From Eledone cirrhosa (lineage: Eukaryota): a stretch of DNA of 64,000 nt. Numbering within the stretch: the first letter of the stretch is position 1; each line of letters begins with the position of its first letter. Below, piece after piece: positions 52,338 through 64,000 of the stretch. Where the stretch lies: positions 435,364,001 through 435,428,000 of the forward strand of contig OZ024740.1 in assembly GCA_964016885.1 (NCBI GenBank), in the 5' to 3' direction. The position numbers were made by a program, and so were the translations under genes. The notes under the pieces are model-generated. The model saw only the letters and a list, made by a program, of their open reading frames with translations, did no database searches and was not told the DNA's origin.

Positions 52338-52958
52338 ATAATAATAATAATGAAATTATTGTGTACAGTGCTCAGGTGCACTACAACTCATCAAAGGTGC
52401 ATGTATAGTACATAGAATAATTGTTTCTACTTTAGGCACAAGGCCAGCAATTACCCAGTGCATTACTGGTACTTTATTTTATCGACATAGAATAATGTAC
52501 AAATGTCAGGAATGCGAACAGTGTATGAGTCATGATATATATGTGTGCATGTGTATGGAAGGGTAATATCAGGTGTAGTGTTGGTGAATCTCAGGAAGTA
52601 TGGAGGTTTTAAAGGATGCAGTGTCTCGACAGCTAACAACTGATGCAGGTAGTTTGTTCCATGGAGGTTTTAAAGGATGCAGTGTCTCGACAGCTAACAA
52701 CTGATGCAGGGAGTTTGTTCTATGGAGGTTTTAAAGGATGCAGTGTCACGACAGCTAATTAATGGGAGCTGTGCTGTTTTCTGATTTTATAAGCATGTCC
52801 ACGTGTGTTAGACACATGGAAATCAAAAAAGTGCTCAGGGTTGTTGTTGGCAAGATGGTTAATAATCTTGTGGGTGTTTACCAAGTCCATTGCCAGATGT
52901 CGGAGCTTCAATGTATCCATGCCCAGGGAAGCAAGGTGTTCAGAATATGGTAGATGCC
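52338..52958 (-). mobile_element. CR1/L2-like 3' end containing a nested truncated SINE A (52422-52484)
   Basis: Minus strand LPYSEHLASLGMDTLKLRHLAMDL...SNTRGHAYKIRKQ. Nested SINE flanked by 12-bp TSD ACATAGAATAAT (52410-52421, 52485-52496). Confidence 0.8.
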
Positions 52959-53460
52959 TATATATGAGAAATTCTGCATATACACATGTATAGACACAGA
53001 AACATATACACATGTACATGCAGACACACACGTGTATTTACCTAGTTGATGTCTTCCAATGAGTGTTGTGTGTGTTAGAAACTGGCTCTCTATTGGTGAA
53101 GATTTATCATATACATAATTATACATGTGTGTGTTTGTGTGTGTCTGTGGGTCTCTCTGTATGTGTCTGTGACTCTGTGAGTGTATGTGGGTCTCTGTAT
53201 GTGTGGCTTTGTGTCTGTGTGTGTGTGTGTGTGTGTGTGTCTGTGTGTATGTGTGTGTGTCTGTATGTGTATCTGTATGTGTGTGTGTGTCTGTATATGT
53301 GTCTTTGTGTCTGTGTGTGTCTGTATGTGTGTCTGTGTGTATGACTGTGTGTGTGAGTCTCTCTGAATGTGTCTGAGTGTGTATTTCGCCAATGTATATC
53401 AACAAAGTCTGTAAACATCAGTGAGGAATAAATAAAGACATTTCAGTCATAACTATTCCG

Positions 53461-53640
53461 TAGAATTGGTAGAGGGTCGGACGCCATGCTTTGCAGCATA
53501 GAGTTACGGCCCTTTATGGTCTGAGTTCAAATCCCGCCGAGGTTAACTTTGCTTTTCATCCTTACGGGGGTCGATAAAATAAAGTACCAGTAACGGACTG
53601 GGGTAATTGCTGGCCTTGTGCCAAAAGTAGAAACAATTAT
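53461..53640 (+). mobile_element. SINE family A
   Basis: Matches 7852-8030. Confidence 0.85.
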
Positions 53641-54867
53641 TTTAAAGGATCTCTTTGTTCTATGTGATCCCTCTTCAAGAAGACAGTAGAGGTGTAACTT
53701 GTGGGTGATATGGCTGCTATTTCTAGTAGGTAAATGACCACATATCAAAGACTCCATCGTTCTTTGTTGCTGTTTTAGTTTCTTTCAGTTTCCAGGTTTT
53801 ATTTGTTGTTGTTTTTTTGACATAAAACAACAGTTTCCCTCTTGAAGTTAAACTCTTGATAAAAGCAAAAACTGGTTTAACTACATTTTCTTTACTCCAA
53901 GTTTATATATTTTTGTGTCACACCTTAAAGTATATAGGCCATTCAAATAAGATATTTCCACCCACATATTCCTGAGAGGGGTGTGGGGGCAGAGAACTCA
54001 AACACTCCTTCCAGTGAGTCCTGTCAGAAGCAGACATCTCCAACTGATCTGGCTGGATCTCCAAGTGAGACCAACCAAGCTCATGGATCAAACCATCTTG
54101 CTCGGGGTCTACCCCTGGGTCCCCTGCCGGTTAGTTTTACCCATAAAATCTGTCCAGCCATTCTTTCCTGAGACCTACTAACCACATGTCCATAGTATCG
54201 GAGTTGTTATCTCTCAGAGAAGTAGTGGCTCTACCTGGAGTGACTCTCATCTCCGAGCTACGTACTCTATTGGGTAATGTTACTCTAAAGACCCTTCTGG
54301 GGGGAACCCCATTTTCTTCAGTATATGTATCCCAGTTACCTTATATTTCATTCTCACTTCTAAAATTCATTTCTTTTATCAAAGGTTGGACAAGGGCACC
54401 TCTATGTGGTTGTTAAACTTGCTAGAAATAGCAAATAAAGCCATAATCTCTCAAACCACACCCTAATGTCTTACAAAAGGACACTAGAGAGGTTGTCAAT
54501 AGGATCTTATAGTATGATTGAGGACATGACAACCTCTCTAGTGTGCTGAGGAGAACTTTCTAGGTGTAATTTCCATGGTCATTTGTAACTGAAGGGGGTT
54601 TTTACATGGTAGGGTTGTTGTTGTTAACATCATTGAATGTGCCTGCGATTTAGTTTTTCTCCCTTTATCTTCTGAATTTCAATTCTACTAAGTGTGTGTG
54701 TGTGGTGTGTGTGTGTGTGGTGTGTGTGGGGGTGGGGTGTGTGTGTGTGTGTGTGTACAGCTCAGGTAGGGGAAGGTCAGTAACCTATAAACACCATTCC
54801 TGTACCTAAGTCAATTATATTGACACCCTAACATAAAACATGGCAAATGTTAGAAATAATAATATAG

Positions 54868-54868
54868 T

Positions 54869-54899
<31 letters not shown>

Positions 54900-55368
54900 A
54901 CTACTACCACCACCTACTACTACTACTGCTGCTGTTGCTACTGCTACTACTGCTACTACTACTACCACCTACTACTACTACTGCTGCTACTACTACTACT
55001 ACCACTACCACAACCACCAATACTACTACCACTACCACTACCACCACTACCACTACCATTACCACCACTACTACTACCACTATCACCACTACCACCACTA
55101 CTACTACTACCACTACCACCACTACTACTACCACTACCACCACTACTACTACCACTACCACCACTACTACTACCACTACCACCACTACTACTACCACTAT
55201 CACCACTACCACCACTACTACTACTACCACTACCACCACTACTACTACCACTACCACCACTACTACTACCACTACCACCACTACCACTACCACCACTACT
55301 ACTACCACTACCACCACTACCACTACCACCACTACTACTACCACTATCACCACCACCAGTACTACTAG
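54868..55368. repeat. (CTA/CCA)n array
   Basis: Trinucleotide repeat. Confidence 0.95.
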
Positions 55369-55544
55369 CAAGGGGATAGCAGCAGAAAAATCAGATGGTT
55401 TGGTTCTTTTCTGCATAACATTTGATTCCTTTATACATGCACACATATATATACACATACATACTCCACACACATATATATATATATATATATACATACA
55501 TACCCCCCCCCCCCATATTATATAAATATACACATACTCCTCAC

Positions 55545-55577
<33 letters not shown>

Positions 55578-55592
55578 CATACCCCCCCCCCC

Positions 55593-55652
<60 letters not shown>

Positions 55653-55905
55653 TTAAACCAGTTATTTTTCTTTGGTGTTAGAAATAAAAGCAACTGTGGA
55701 CTGCTATGTTGATAAAAGCCAGCTTTACTTGGTTATTCTCTAGAATAATATAACTATTCATACTTCTTAAGTAGAACTAGAATATATGGCATAAAATACA
55801 AACCCTAAATCTATAAACTATTATTTACTTTATTATGTGTAGTTTTTTGATGAATGGTGTCCTTTCAAAGTATTATACACACATGTATATATATATATAT
55901 ATATA

Positions 55906-56684
55906 TCATCATCATCATCATCATCAGGTTTAGCGTCCGTGTTCCACGCTTGCATGGGTTTGGACGGGGGTTTTCCCACTTGAGGCAAGAGTGGTTGTCT
56001 TGCTCGCATAGGACTGTCTGGCGGGTTTTCTACAGTTGGATGCCCTTCCTAACACCAACCACATTTACAGTGTGGGGCTGGGAGGTTTTTACCGTGTTGC
56101 CTACACGGCCACATTACAGCGTGGACTGTCTGGCGGGTTTTCTACAGCTGGATGCCCTTCCTAACACCAACCACATTTACAGTGTGGGGCTGGGAGGTTT
56201 TTACCGTGTTGCCTACACGGCCACATTTACAGCGTGGACTGTGTGTTTTTTGTCGTGACACCTACACGATCTCATTTGTTTCGGCCTGGATGTTGTGGGA
56301 CCAACATAACTTTACATTGAAAGGGGCGGTGTGGGTGGGGTGGAGGTGGTGGGACGGGGGTGTGTTTTGATAGAGGTGCCTACTGACTGTAGTAGGTTTT
56401 TACTTTGTATTTAGGTAAGGCGGGTCTTCTCTATTACTGAGTACCGCCAAAGGTCTCGGTCCAGTGACATTGTCTTGGAGAGGTGTAAGCGTGTGAGGTC
56501 GGAATTTATCAGCTCGTCCCATGTTTTTCTGGGTCTGCCTACTCCGTGGCTACCGTCTATCTTTATTGCCCTGCACTTTGTTATACAGCTGTTGTCTTTC
56601 ATGCGCATCACGTGACCGTACCAACGTAGCCTTCTCTCGAGTAAACAACATCTGATCCCTCTTATTTCTAATTTTTTCCTTAGA
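55906..56684 (-). mobile_element. RTE subfamily-2 3' end with an internal duplication of about 112 bp
   Basis: MRMKDNSCITKCRAIKIDGSHGVGRPRKTW (56411-56611), UTR and ATC tail abutting (AT)n. Confidence 0.88.
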
Positions 56685-56699
56685 TTATATATATATATA

Positions 56700-57310
56700 T
56701 ATACATATCTTTATAGTCAACCATATATACACACATGTATATATATATGTCTTTACAGTCAACCATATATACACACATGTATATATATATATATATATGT
56801 CTTTACAGTCAACCATATATACACACATGTATATATATATATGTATCTTTACAGTCAACCATATATACACACATGTATATATATGTCTTTACAGTCAACC
56901 ATATATACACACATGTATATATATATGTCTTTACAGTCAACCATATATACACACATGTATATATATATATGTCTTTACAGTCAACCATATATACACACAT
57001 GTATATATATATGTATCTTTACAGTCAACCATATATACACACATGTATATATATATGTCTTTACAGTCAACCATATATACACACATGTATATATATATAT
57101 GTCTTTATAGTCAACCATATATACACACATGTATATATATATATGTATCTTTACAGTCAACCATATATACACACATGTATATATATATGTCTTTACAGTC
57201 AACCATATATACACACATGTATATATATATGTCTTTACAGTCAACCATATATACACACATGTATATATATATGTCTTTACAATCAACCATATATACACAC
57301 ATGTATATAT
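56700..57310. repeat. 40-48-bp minisatellite with variable (AT) tract
   Basis: CTTTACAGTCAACCATATATACACACATGT(AT)n. The unit resumes at about 58245. Confidence 0.92.
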
Positions 57311-58238
57311 AATAATAATAATAATGAAATTATTGTGTACAGTGCTCAGGTGCACTACAACTCATCAAAGGTGCATGTATAGTACATAGAACAATATACA
57401 AATGTCAGGGAAGTGAATAGTGTATGAGTCATGATATACATGTGTGTATGGAGGGGAATATTAGGTGTAGTGTTAGCGAATCTCAGGAAGCATGGAGGTT
57501 TTAAAGAATGCAGTGTCTCGACAGCTAACAACTGATGTAGGTAGTTTGTTCCATGGAGGTTTTAAAGGATGCAGTGTCTCGACAGCTAACAACTGATGTA
57601 GGTAGTTTGTTCCATGGAGGTTTTAAAGGATGCAGTGTCTCGACAGCTAACAACTGATGTAGGTAGTTTGTTCCATGGAGGTTTTAAAGGATGCAGTGTC
57701 TCGACAGCTAACAACTGATGTAGGTAGTTTGTTCCATGGAGGTTTTAAAGAATGCAGTGTCTCGACAGCTAACAACTGATGTAGGTAGTTTGTTCCATGG
57801 AGGTTTTAAAGGATGCAGTGTCTCGACAGCTAACAACTGATGTAGGTAGTTTGTTCCATGGAGGTTTTAAAGGATGCAGTGTCTCGACAGCTAACAACTG
57901 ATGTAGGTAGTTTGTTCCATGGAGGTTTTAAAGGATGCAGTGTCTCGACAGCTAACAACTGATGTAGGTAGTTTGTTCCATGGAGGTTTTAAAGGATGCA
58001 GTGTCTCGACAGCTAACAACTGATGCAGGTAGTTTGTTCCATGGAGGTTTTAAAGGATGCAGTGTCTCGACAGCTAACAACTGATTCAGGTAGTTTGTTC
58101 CATGGAGGTTTTAAAGGATGCAGTTTCACGACAGCTAACAACTGATGCAGGGAGTTTGTTACATGGAGGTTTTAAAGGATGCAGTGTCTCGACAGCTACA
58201 ACTGATGCAGGTAGTTTGTTCCATGCTTCAGCATGAAA
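57311..58238 (-). mobile_element. CR1/L2-like 3' end with a 61-bp segment amplified about 12 times (57491-58225)
   Basis: EAWNKLPASVVSCRDTASFKTSM coding end and the same tail as 33125 and 52338. Confidence 0.88.
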
Positions 58239-58283
58239 ATATGTGTCTTTACAGTCAACCATATATACAATCACCTAGTAACT

Positions 58284-58560
58284 ATCATCATCATCATCGT
58301 TTAATGACCATTTTCCACACTAGCATAGGTTAGATGGGTCCCATTAGAGGCAAGTTGGGTTAGGTGACCATGTCTTGCTTATATAGAACTGTTTTTGGTT
58401 AGGTTTCTATGGCTGGATGCCCTTCCTAATGCCAACCACTTTACAGTGTGGACTGGGTACTTTTTGTCATGGTACCTACATGACCACTTTACAGTGTGGA
58501 CTGGGTGTTTTTTGTCGTGACACCTACACGACCACTTTAAGTGTGGACTGGGTGCTTTTT
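58284..58560 (-). mobile_element. RTE-type 3' tail fragment
   Basis: ATC tail, GGCTGGATGCCCTTCCTAA and repeated ACTTTACAGTGTGGACTGGG modules. Confidence 0.7.
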
Positions 58561-59022
58561 GTTTACAGTGTAAGGGTGGTGTGGAAAGAAGTGGGTAAGT
58601 GAGGGTATAGTGGTTAAGAGGTGCCTACTAGATCTATGTTTGAGTCTGTGTGCATGGGAAAGCAATTCAGAAAACCAGACGAGCTGTCTGCTCTTAAGTC
58701 CTGCTGAAGTCGCTTTTGTCTTTCATCCATTCAAGGGGTCAGAGGGATTGTTTGAAAGTAGAAATTAATATTCAATATAACTCATGCTAGCATGGAAGAT
58801 GGATGTTAAACGATGATGATGATGATATATATATATTGATGTCTGATACCAGCCTGTTTGAAATGGCCCTGGTTTTGTGATAGAAAACTGCCCATTTTAA
58901 AGTATCCCTATTTATATTAAAAGTTTTTGTCATAAATTTCTAAAGGAAAGTTTTGTGAAATATTTCAAATAGCAGCTTACTAATAAAACTGATTTCTTTT
59001 TTACAAAATTATTTGAAACATA

Positions 59023-59237
59023 CAAAGGTCGGCTGAAAAGTTCATAGGCTGATCATGATCAAAGGTCGGCTGAAAAGTTCATAGGCTGATCAAGATACTC
59101 TCATGGAATGACCAAATGAGGTTTATTTAACATAGTCCCTGTGTATTAATAATAAGAACTGAAATTAATGCATGCAAACATTTCACAGCTCTAGCATCAC
59201 TCCTTCATAGCCTATGGAACTTTTTAGCTGACCCTTG
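59023..59237. mobile_element. Tc1/mariner-type MITE
   Basis: TA flanks (59021-59022, 59238-59239) and TIRs of about 26 bp, with the left TIR locally duplicated. Confidence 0.8.
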
Positions 59238-59884
59238 TATAGGCAGAAATATGGTAAGGAAAGGGTTAAAACTATGTCTTTGAGTGGTAGACTAACAGTT
59301 TTCTTCCTGAACCAGTTGCAAATCTAAGCAATTACTGCTTCAACTCAAATTTAACTTCAAGGCTGGAACTCTAATTAATTGTGTAATTAAGTGTCCTGTA
59401 GTTGATAAGAAAATATCGTACTTTATAAAGCTGACTACTATAATCTATTGATGTTGCTGTGTCATCGTTGTTTGTCAACTAAAGCACTATTAAATGTTGA
59501 CGGTGACATGATATTTTATCAATGTGCTTATCTCTTCGTTAAATTGTTAATTATCAACTGAGAACTGAAAGTGAAATTTGGTAACAGCAAAGTCTTGTAA
59601 AACCTTGAACCATTTAATTACCTTGAACAGTAGATCTGTGATGGAGGAGTCATGATGATGGTGGTGGTGATGATGGCGATGATGGTGATGGTGGTGATGA
59701 TGGTGATGGCGATGATGATGATGGTGGTGATAGTGATGGTGATGAACATGATAAACACATCCAGTACATGCTGTAAAGTGGTTGGTGATAGGAAGGGCAT
59801 CCAGCCATAGAAAACTTGCCAAATAAAGGGTTAGACTGACCCTCAGTTGTGTCAGGGACATGACAACCTCCCTAGTGTTTGGTG

Positions 59885-60104
59885 ATCATCATCATCATCA
59901 CCGTTTTACGTCCGTTCTTCCACACTAGCATGGGTTTGACAGGTAGTCCTGTCGTGAGCAGTGTCCAGTCGGCTGACCATGTCTTGCTCATACGGGAACT
60001 GATTCTGGCTTGATTTCTACAGCTGGATGCCCTTCCTAACACTAACCTCATTTACAGTGAGTGCTGGGTGCTTTTTGCCGTGGCACCTCCACAACCACTT
60101 TGCA
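59885..60104 (-). mobile_element. Young RTE 3' tail fragment
   Basis: Reverse complement closely matches about 3350-3615. Confidence 0.85.
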
Positions 60105-61646
60105 TGATAAATATACAGTTGACGCTGTAAAGTTGAGCCATGCAAGCATTTCTAGCCTAGCCTCCCCCTCATTCACAGTCAAATCAGATTAGGTCTTTAC
60201 TCAGATTATTTAAGTCCCTCCTTATCACATATCCTTATCATAGCCAACCAGGGTGTCTTTATACTCATTAGAGTAGCTAGAAGTAGCAACCTAATTTTAC
60301 TCAAATAATACCCTATATTTTAAACACACATACATACACACAGCTAGAAGTAGCAACCCCATCTGGATCAAATTATAACCCCCCCCCCCCACTCTCCCTC
60401 TCTCTCCCCCTCTCTCTCTCTCTCTCTCTCGATAATGTAGCCCTAAATACATTGAGCTTGAAACTCAAACAGGATGGTCACAATTGAAATGTTTTCATAT
60501 GTCTGCTGTATAGGGAGCTGTTTTCAGTCTCAGCAACAATTATTTTGCAGGTAACATCTAATCCATGAAGTCATTATATATATTTGAGATCTGTGTAGAT
60601 CCCCTATCCTTACTTCTAGTTAATTTTTTTTATTGTTTTAGGATTCAATTGGGGAATTAGAACAGAATTTCATCATCATCATCATTGTCGTTTTAATGCC
60701 AGCTTTTCCTGCTAGCAAGGGTTGGATTGGTCCATATTGACCAAGTCAGTACTGAAGCAGAGCCACTGATCTCCCAAGAAGGCCAGGGATCTGTGTCTCA
60801 TTTATGTACAGTCACACATTCCATTGAGTGTTCAAGAGAGGTCGTTATGCTTTTGACACAACTGGGGTCCTTCCATCCCTTTGTTTGATAAGATTTCTAC
60901 AGCTGGATACACTTTCCATCACCAACCACATTACAGTGTGTACTGGGTGCATTTATCATGTAGATCACCAACACTAGGGAGATTGTCATATCCTTGACAT
61001 GACAGGAGGGCACTCCTGGTAGATCACCAACACTTGGGAGGTTGTTATATCCTTGACTGGTCGATCCTCCTGGTAGATCACCAACATTAGGGAAGTTGTT
61101 ATATCATTGACATGACAAGAGGGTCCTCCCGACCCTTCTGAGAAAGTACTTGACAATAAATTAACTATTGCTTTCCCTATGGATGTTGGCTTCATTTAAC
61201 TTCAATGTTTTATGCTAACTTTTCATATCTACTCCTATACAGTATTATATATCAAATGTTGAGGTTCTCTTTCTCTTATTATTTTGACATTTATGAAGTT
61301 TATGCTTTGCAGACGAGTCCTAATAAGGCTGGAACCTGTCTGGTGATGTCTCTTGTACTTGCTAAAATGGTTAAAATAATATTAGTCATTGAGCTAATGT
61401 TATCTTTTTCTTACTGCATAAATGTTTTTAATTAAACTATGTTAAGACTAATTCAACTTCCTGTTAAACAAGCTGTTAAACAAGCTGTTTAAACCTATCT
61501 GGTCAGCAGTTCAGTATTATGTCGTTATCTATATTTACTGTTATATAAACACGCTAAACTCTACTCACTTTTTCACAGTATTTCAATATCTCTTTATCTT
61601 TTCTTTAAAGTTACTAATTTCCACATATTATATTTAACTCTCCTCC

Positions 61647-61775
61647 CTTTACGATCTGAGTTCAAATCCCGCCGAGGTTAACTTTGCCTTTCATCCTTAC
61701 AGGGTCGATAAAATAAAATACCAGTAATGCACTGGGATAATTGCTGGCCTTGTGCCAAAAGTAGAAACAATTATA
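61647..61775 (+). mobile_element. SINE family A, 5'-truncated
   Basis: Conserved body. ATTATATTTAACTCTCCT is repeated on both sides as a likely TSD. Confidence 0.85.
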
Positions 61776-62116
61776 TTTAACTCTCCTGGGAGAATGTCTT
61801 GAAAGAAGATATACTCCACAGGTTTTTAATTTATCTTCTAAATGAGTTTATGTAGCTAGATATGTTAGAGAGAGACGGAAATAAAATATTAGTGTCTATA
61901 TTTAAGGTCACAATTAAAATACAACTAGAATTTGCAAGTTATGAAAACATCATGCTCTTCTTTTATCTATCTTTAATACCTTGTATCAATAAACTAAGTC
62001 AATGTAACTCTAGCTATGTTTTAAAACACCTGTTCTGGAAATATTTCATGGAAGAAAATATGTCATTTCTTCTTATTTTCATTTTTTGGTATATTTTATT
62101 TTGCTGATGAGAGACT

Positions 62117-63168
62117 CTGTAGCTGCTGTTATACTAACATAACTCTATATTACTATAAGCTACACACACTGTAGCTGCTGTTATACTAACATAACTCTAT
62201 ATTACTATAAACTACAAACACTATAGCTGGTGTTATACTAACATAACTCTATATTACTATAAACTACAAACACTATAGCTGCTGTTATACTAACATACTC
62301 TATATTACTATAAGCTACAAACACTGTAGCTGGTGTTATACTAACGTAACTCTATATTACTATAAACGACAAACACTGTAGCTGCTGTTATACTAACATA
62401 ACTCTATATTACTATAAACTACAAACACTGTAGCTGCTGTTATACTAACATAACTCTATATTACTATAAACTACAAACACTGTAGCTGCTGTTATACTAA
62501 CATAACTCTATATTACTATAAACTACAAACACTGTAGCTGCTGTTATACTAACGTAACTCTATATTACTATAAACTACAAACACTGTAGCTGCTGTTATA
62601 CTAACATAACTCTATATTACTATAAACTACAAACACTGTAGCTGCTGTTATACTAACATAACTCTATATTACTATAAACTACAAACACTGTAGCTGCTGT
62701 TATACTAACATAACTCTATATTACTATAAACTACAAACACTGTAGCTGCTGTTATACTAACGTAACTCTCATCATCATCGTTTAACGTCCACCTTCCACA
62801 CTTGCATGGGTTTGGACGGGAGGTTTCCCACTTGATGCAAGATTTGTTGTCCTGCTCGTATAGGACTGTCTGGCGGGTTTTCTACGGCTGGATGCCCTTC
62901 CTAACACCAACCACGTTTACAGTGTGGACTGGGAGGTTTTTACCGTGTTACCTGCACGGCCACATTACAGCGTGTTATACTAACATAACTCTATATTACT
63001 ATAAGCTACAAACACTGTAGCTGCTGTTATACTAACATACTCTATATTACTATAAGCTACAATCACTGTAGCTGGTGTTATACTAACATAACTCTATATT
63101 ACTATAAGCTACAAACACTGTAGCTGGTGTTATACTAACATAACTCTATATTACTATAAGCTACAAAC
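62117..63168. repeat. 52-bp minisatellite interrupted by an RTE tail
   Basis: CTGTAGCTGCTGTTATACTAACATAACTCTATATTACTATAAACTACAAACA. Confidence 0.95.
62770..62972 (-). mobile_element. RTE subfamily-2 3' tail insertion
   Basis: 20-bp TSD TGTTATACTAACRTAACTCT (62750-62769, 62973-62992). Confidence 0.88.
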
Positions 63169-63341
63169 CATATAACAGATTTGCTGTAATTAGAAAAGCA
63201 TTATCAAAGAAATAGATATTTCATTGATGTGTGTGTGTATATATATATATATATAGTATTAATTAGTATTAATTATACTATTTATGGTTATGTAAATACA
63301 AAAACCTTTTGCAGTTATATATATTTTTATACATAGATAAA

Positions 63342-64000
63342 ATGATCCCACAAATTAAACACAAGATACACCTTAAACAATGGGGAAATACGGGTGAAGT
63401 TATTGAATGGTTCAAAGATATCAAGAATAATAAGGACAAAAAATTTATTCAATTTGATATCAATTCATACTACACCTCTATTTCCCCTATTAAATAAGGC
63501 ACTATTAATGGCCATGAGCAATAGCGACCTGACTAGAACCCAGATTGATGTCATCCTTGCGGCCCGTAAAACCATAATCACCTTCGAGGACCAACTATGG
63601 AACGGTGGTTTGTACCGCGATGATGCACTTCTACTTATAGAATATAAAAAATTTAATATAGAAAGAACTAGAAAACTATTGCACAAGACATTCAAAAACT
63701 TTAACCTTAGTATCACCATGGACAAAAACACTAAAAATGTTAACTTCCTAGACGCCACACTATACCTAGACTCAAAAATATATACACCTTTCCATAAGCC
63801 TAACGAAAAACTCATTTACGTAGATACCAAGTCTAATCACCCTAGATCAATATTAAACTCTATCTCTAAGGGTGTATCCAATAGAATCTCTAGTCTATCC
63901 TATGACGCAAACATATTTAGCAAAAACTCACAATATTATAATCAAGCATTAGCTAGATCCGGCCATAATATAGAAATTGAGTTCCTACCTAAGAAAACAC
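63342..64000 (+). pseudogene. Penelope-like element reverse transcriptase remnant, running off the window
   Basis: QW.NT..VI.WF, FIQFDINSYYTSI, GLYRDD, VNFLD, YVDTKSNHP. Frameshift near 63490 and an internal deletion near 63600. Confidence 0.88.

Noticed and set aside
62102-62120. CTGATGAG just before the 52-bp array as a hammerhead disrupted by the array
   Set aside because: No intact GAAA, stem III or stem I partner found after the array.

Overview
AT-rich, repeat-saturated animal genomic DNA with no prokaryotic features. The SINE/LINE repertoire is most consistent with a coleoid cephalopod (Octopus); this is inferred from repeat content only. The only recognisable host coding sequence is a 52-nt first coding exon of PIN1 on the minus strand (6312-6261), which the ORF track misses; everything left of it lies in a PIN1 intron. 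That intron holds an intact RTE-clade LINE (APE endonuclease + RT, 1039 aa) with a PHD-type zinc finger inserted inside the RT. The rest is younger and older RTE copies (one with twin-priming geometry), CRE, R4-like, CR1-like, Tx1-like and Penelope relics, an internally inverted Gypsy element, hAT/piggyBac/mariner MITEs, tRNA-derived SINEs, many minisatellites (several grown from TE segments) and several long inverted repeats. The strongest leads are a hammerhead-ribozyme fold upstream of PIN1 on its sense strand, further Penelope-type hammerheads, the PHD-in-RT architecture and the long dsRNA-forming inverted repeats. Most short ORFs in the track are repeat artefacts. Boundaries of old relics are approximate.
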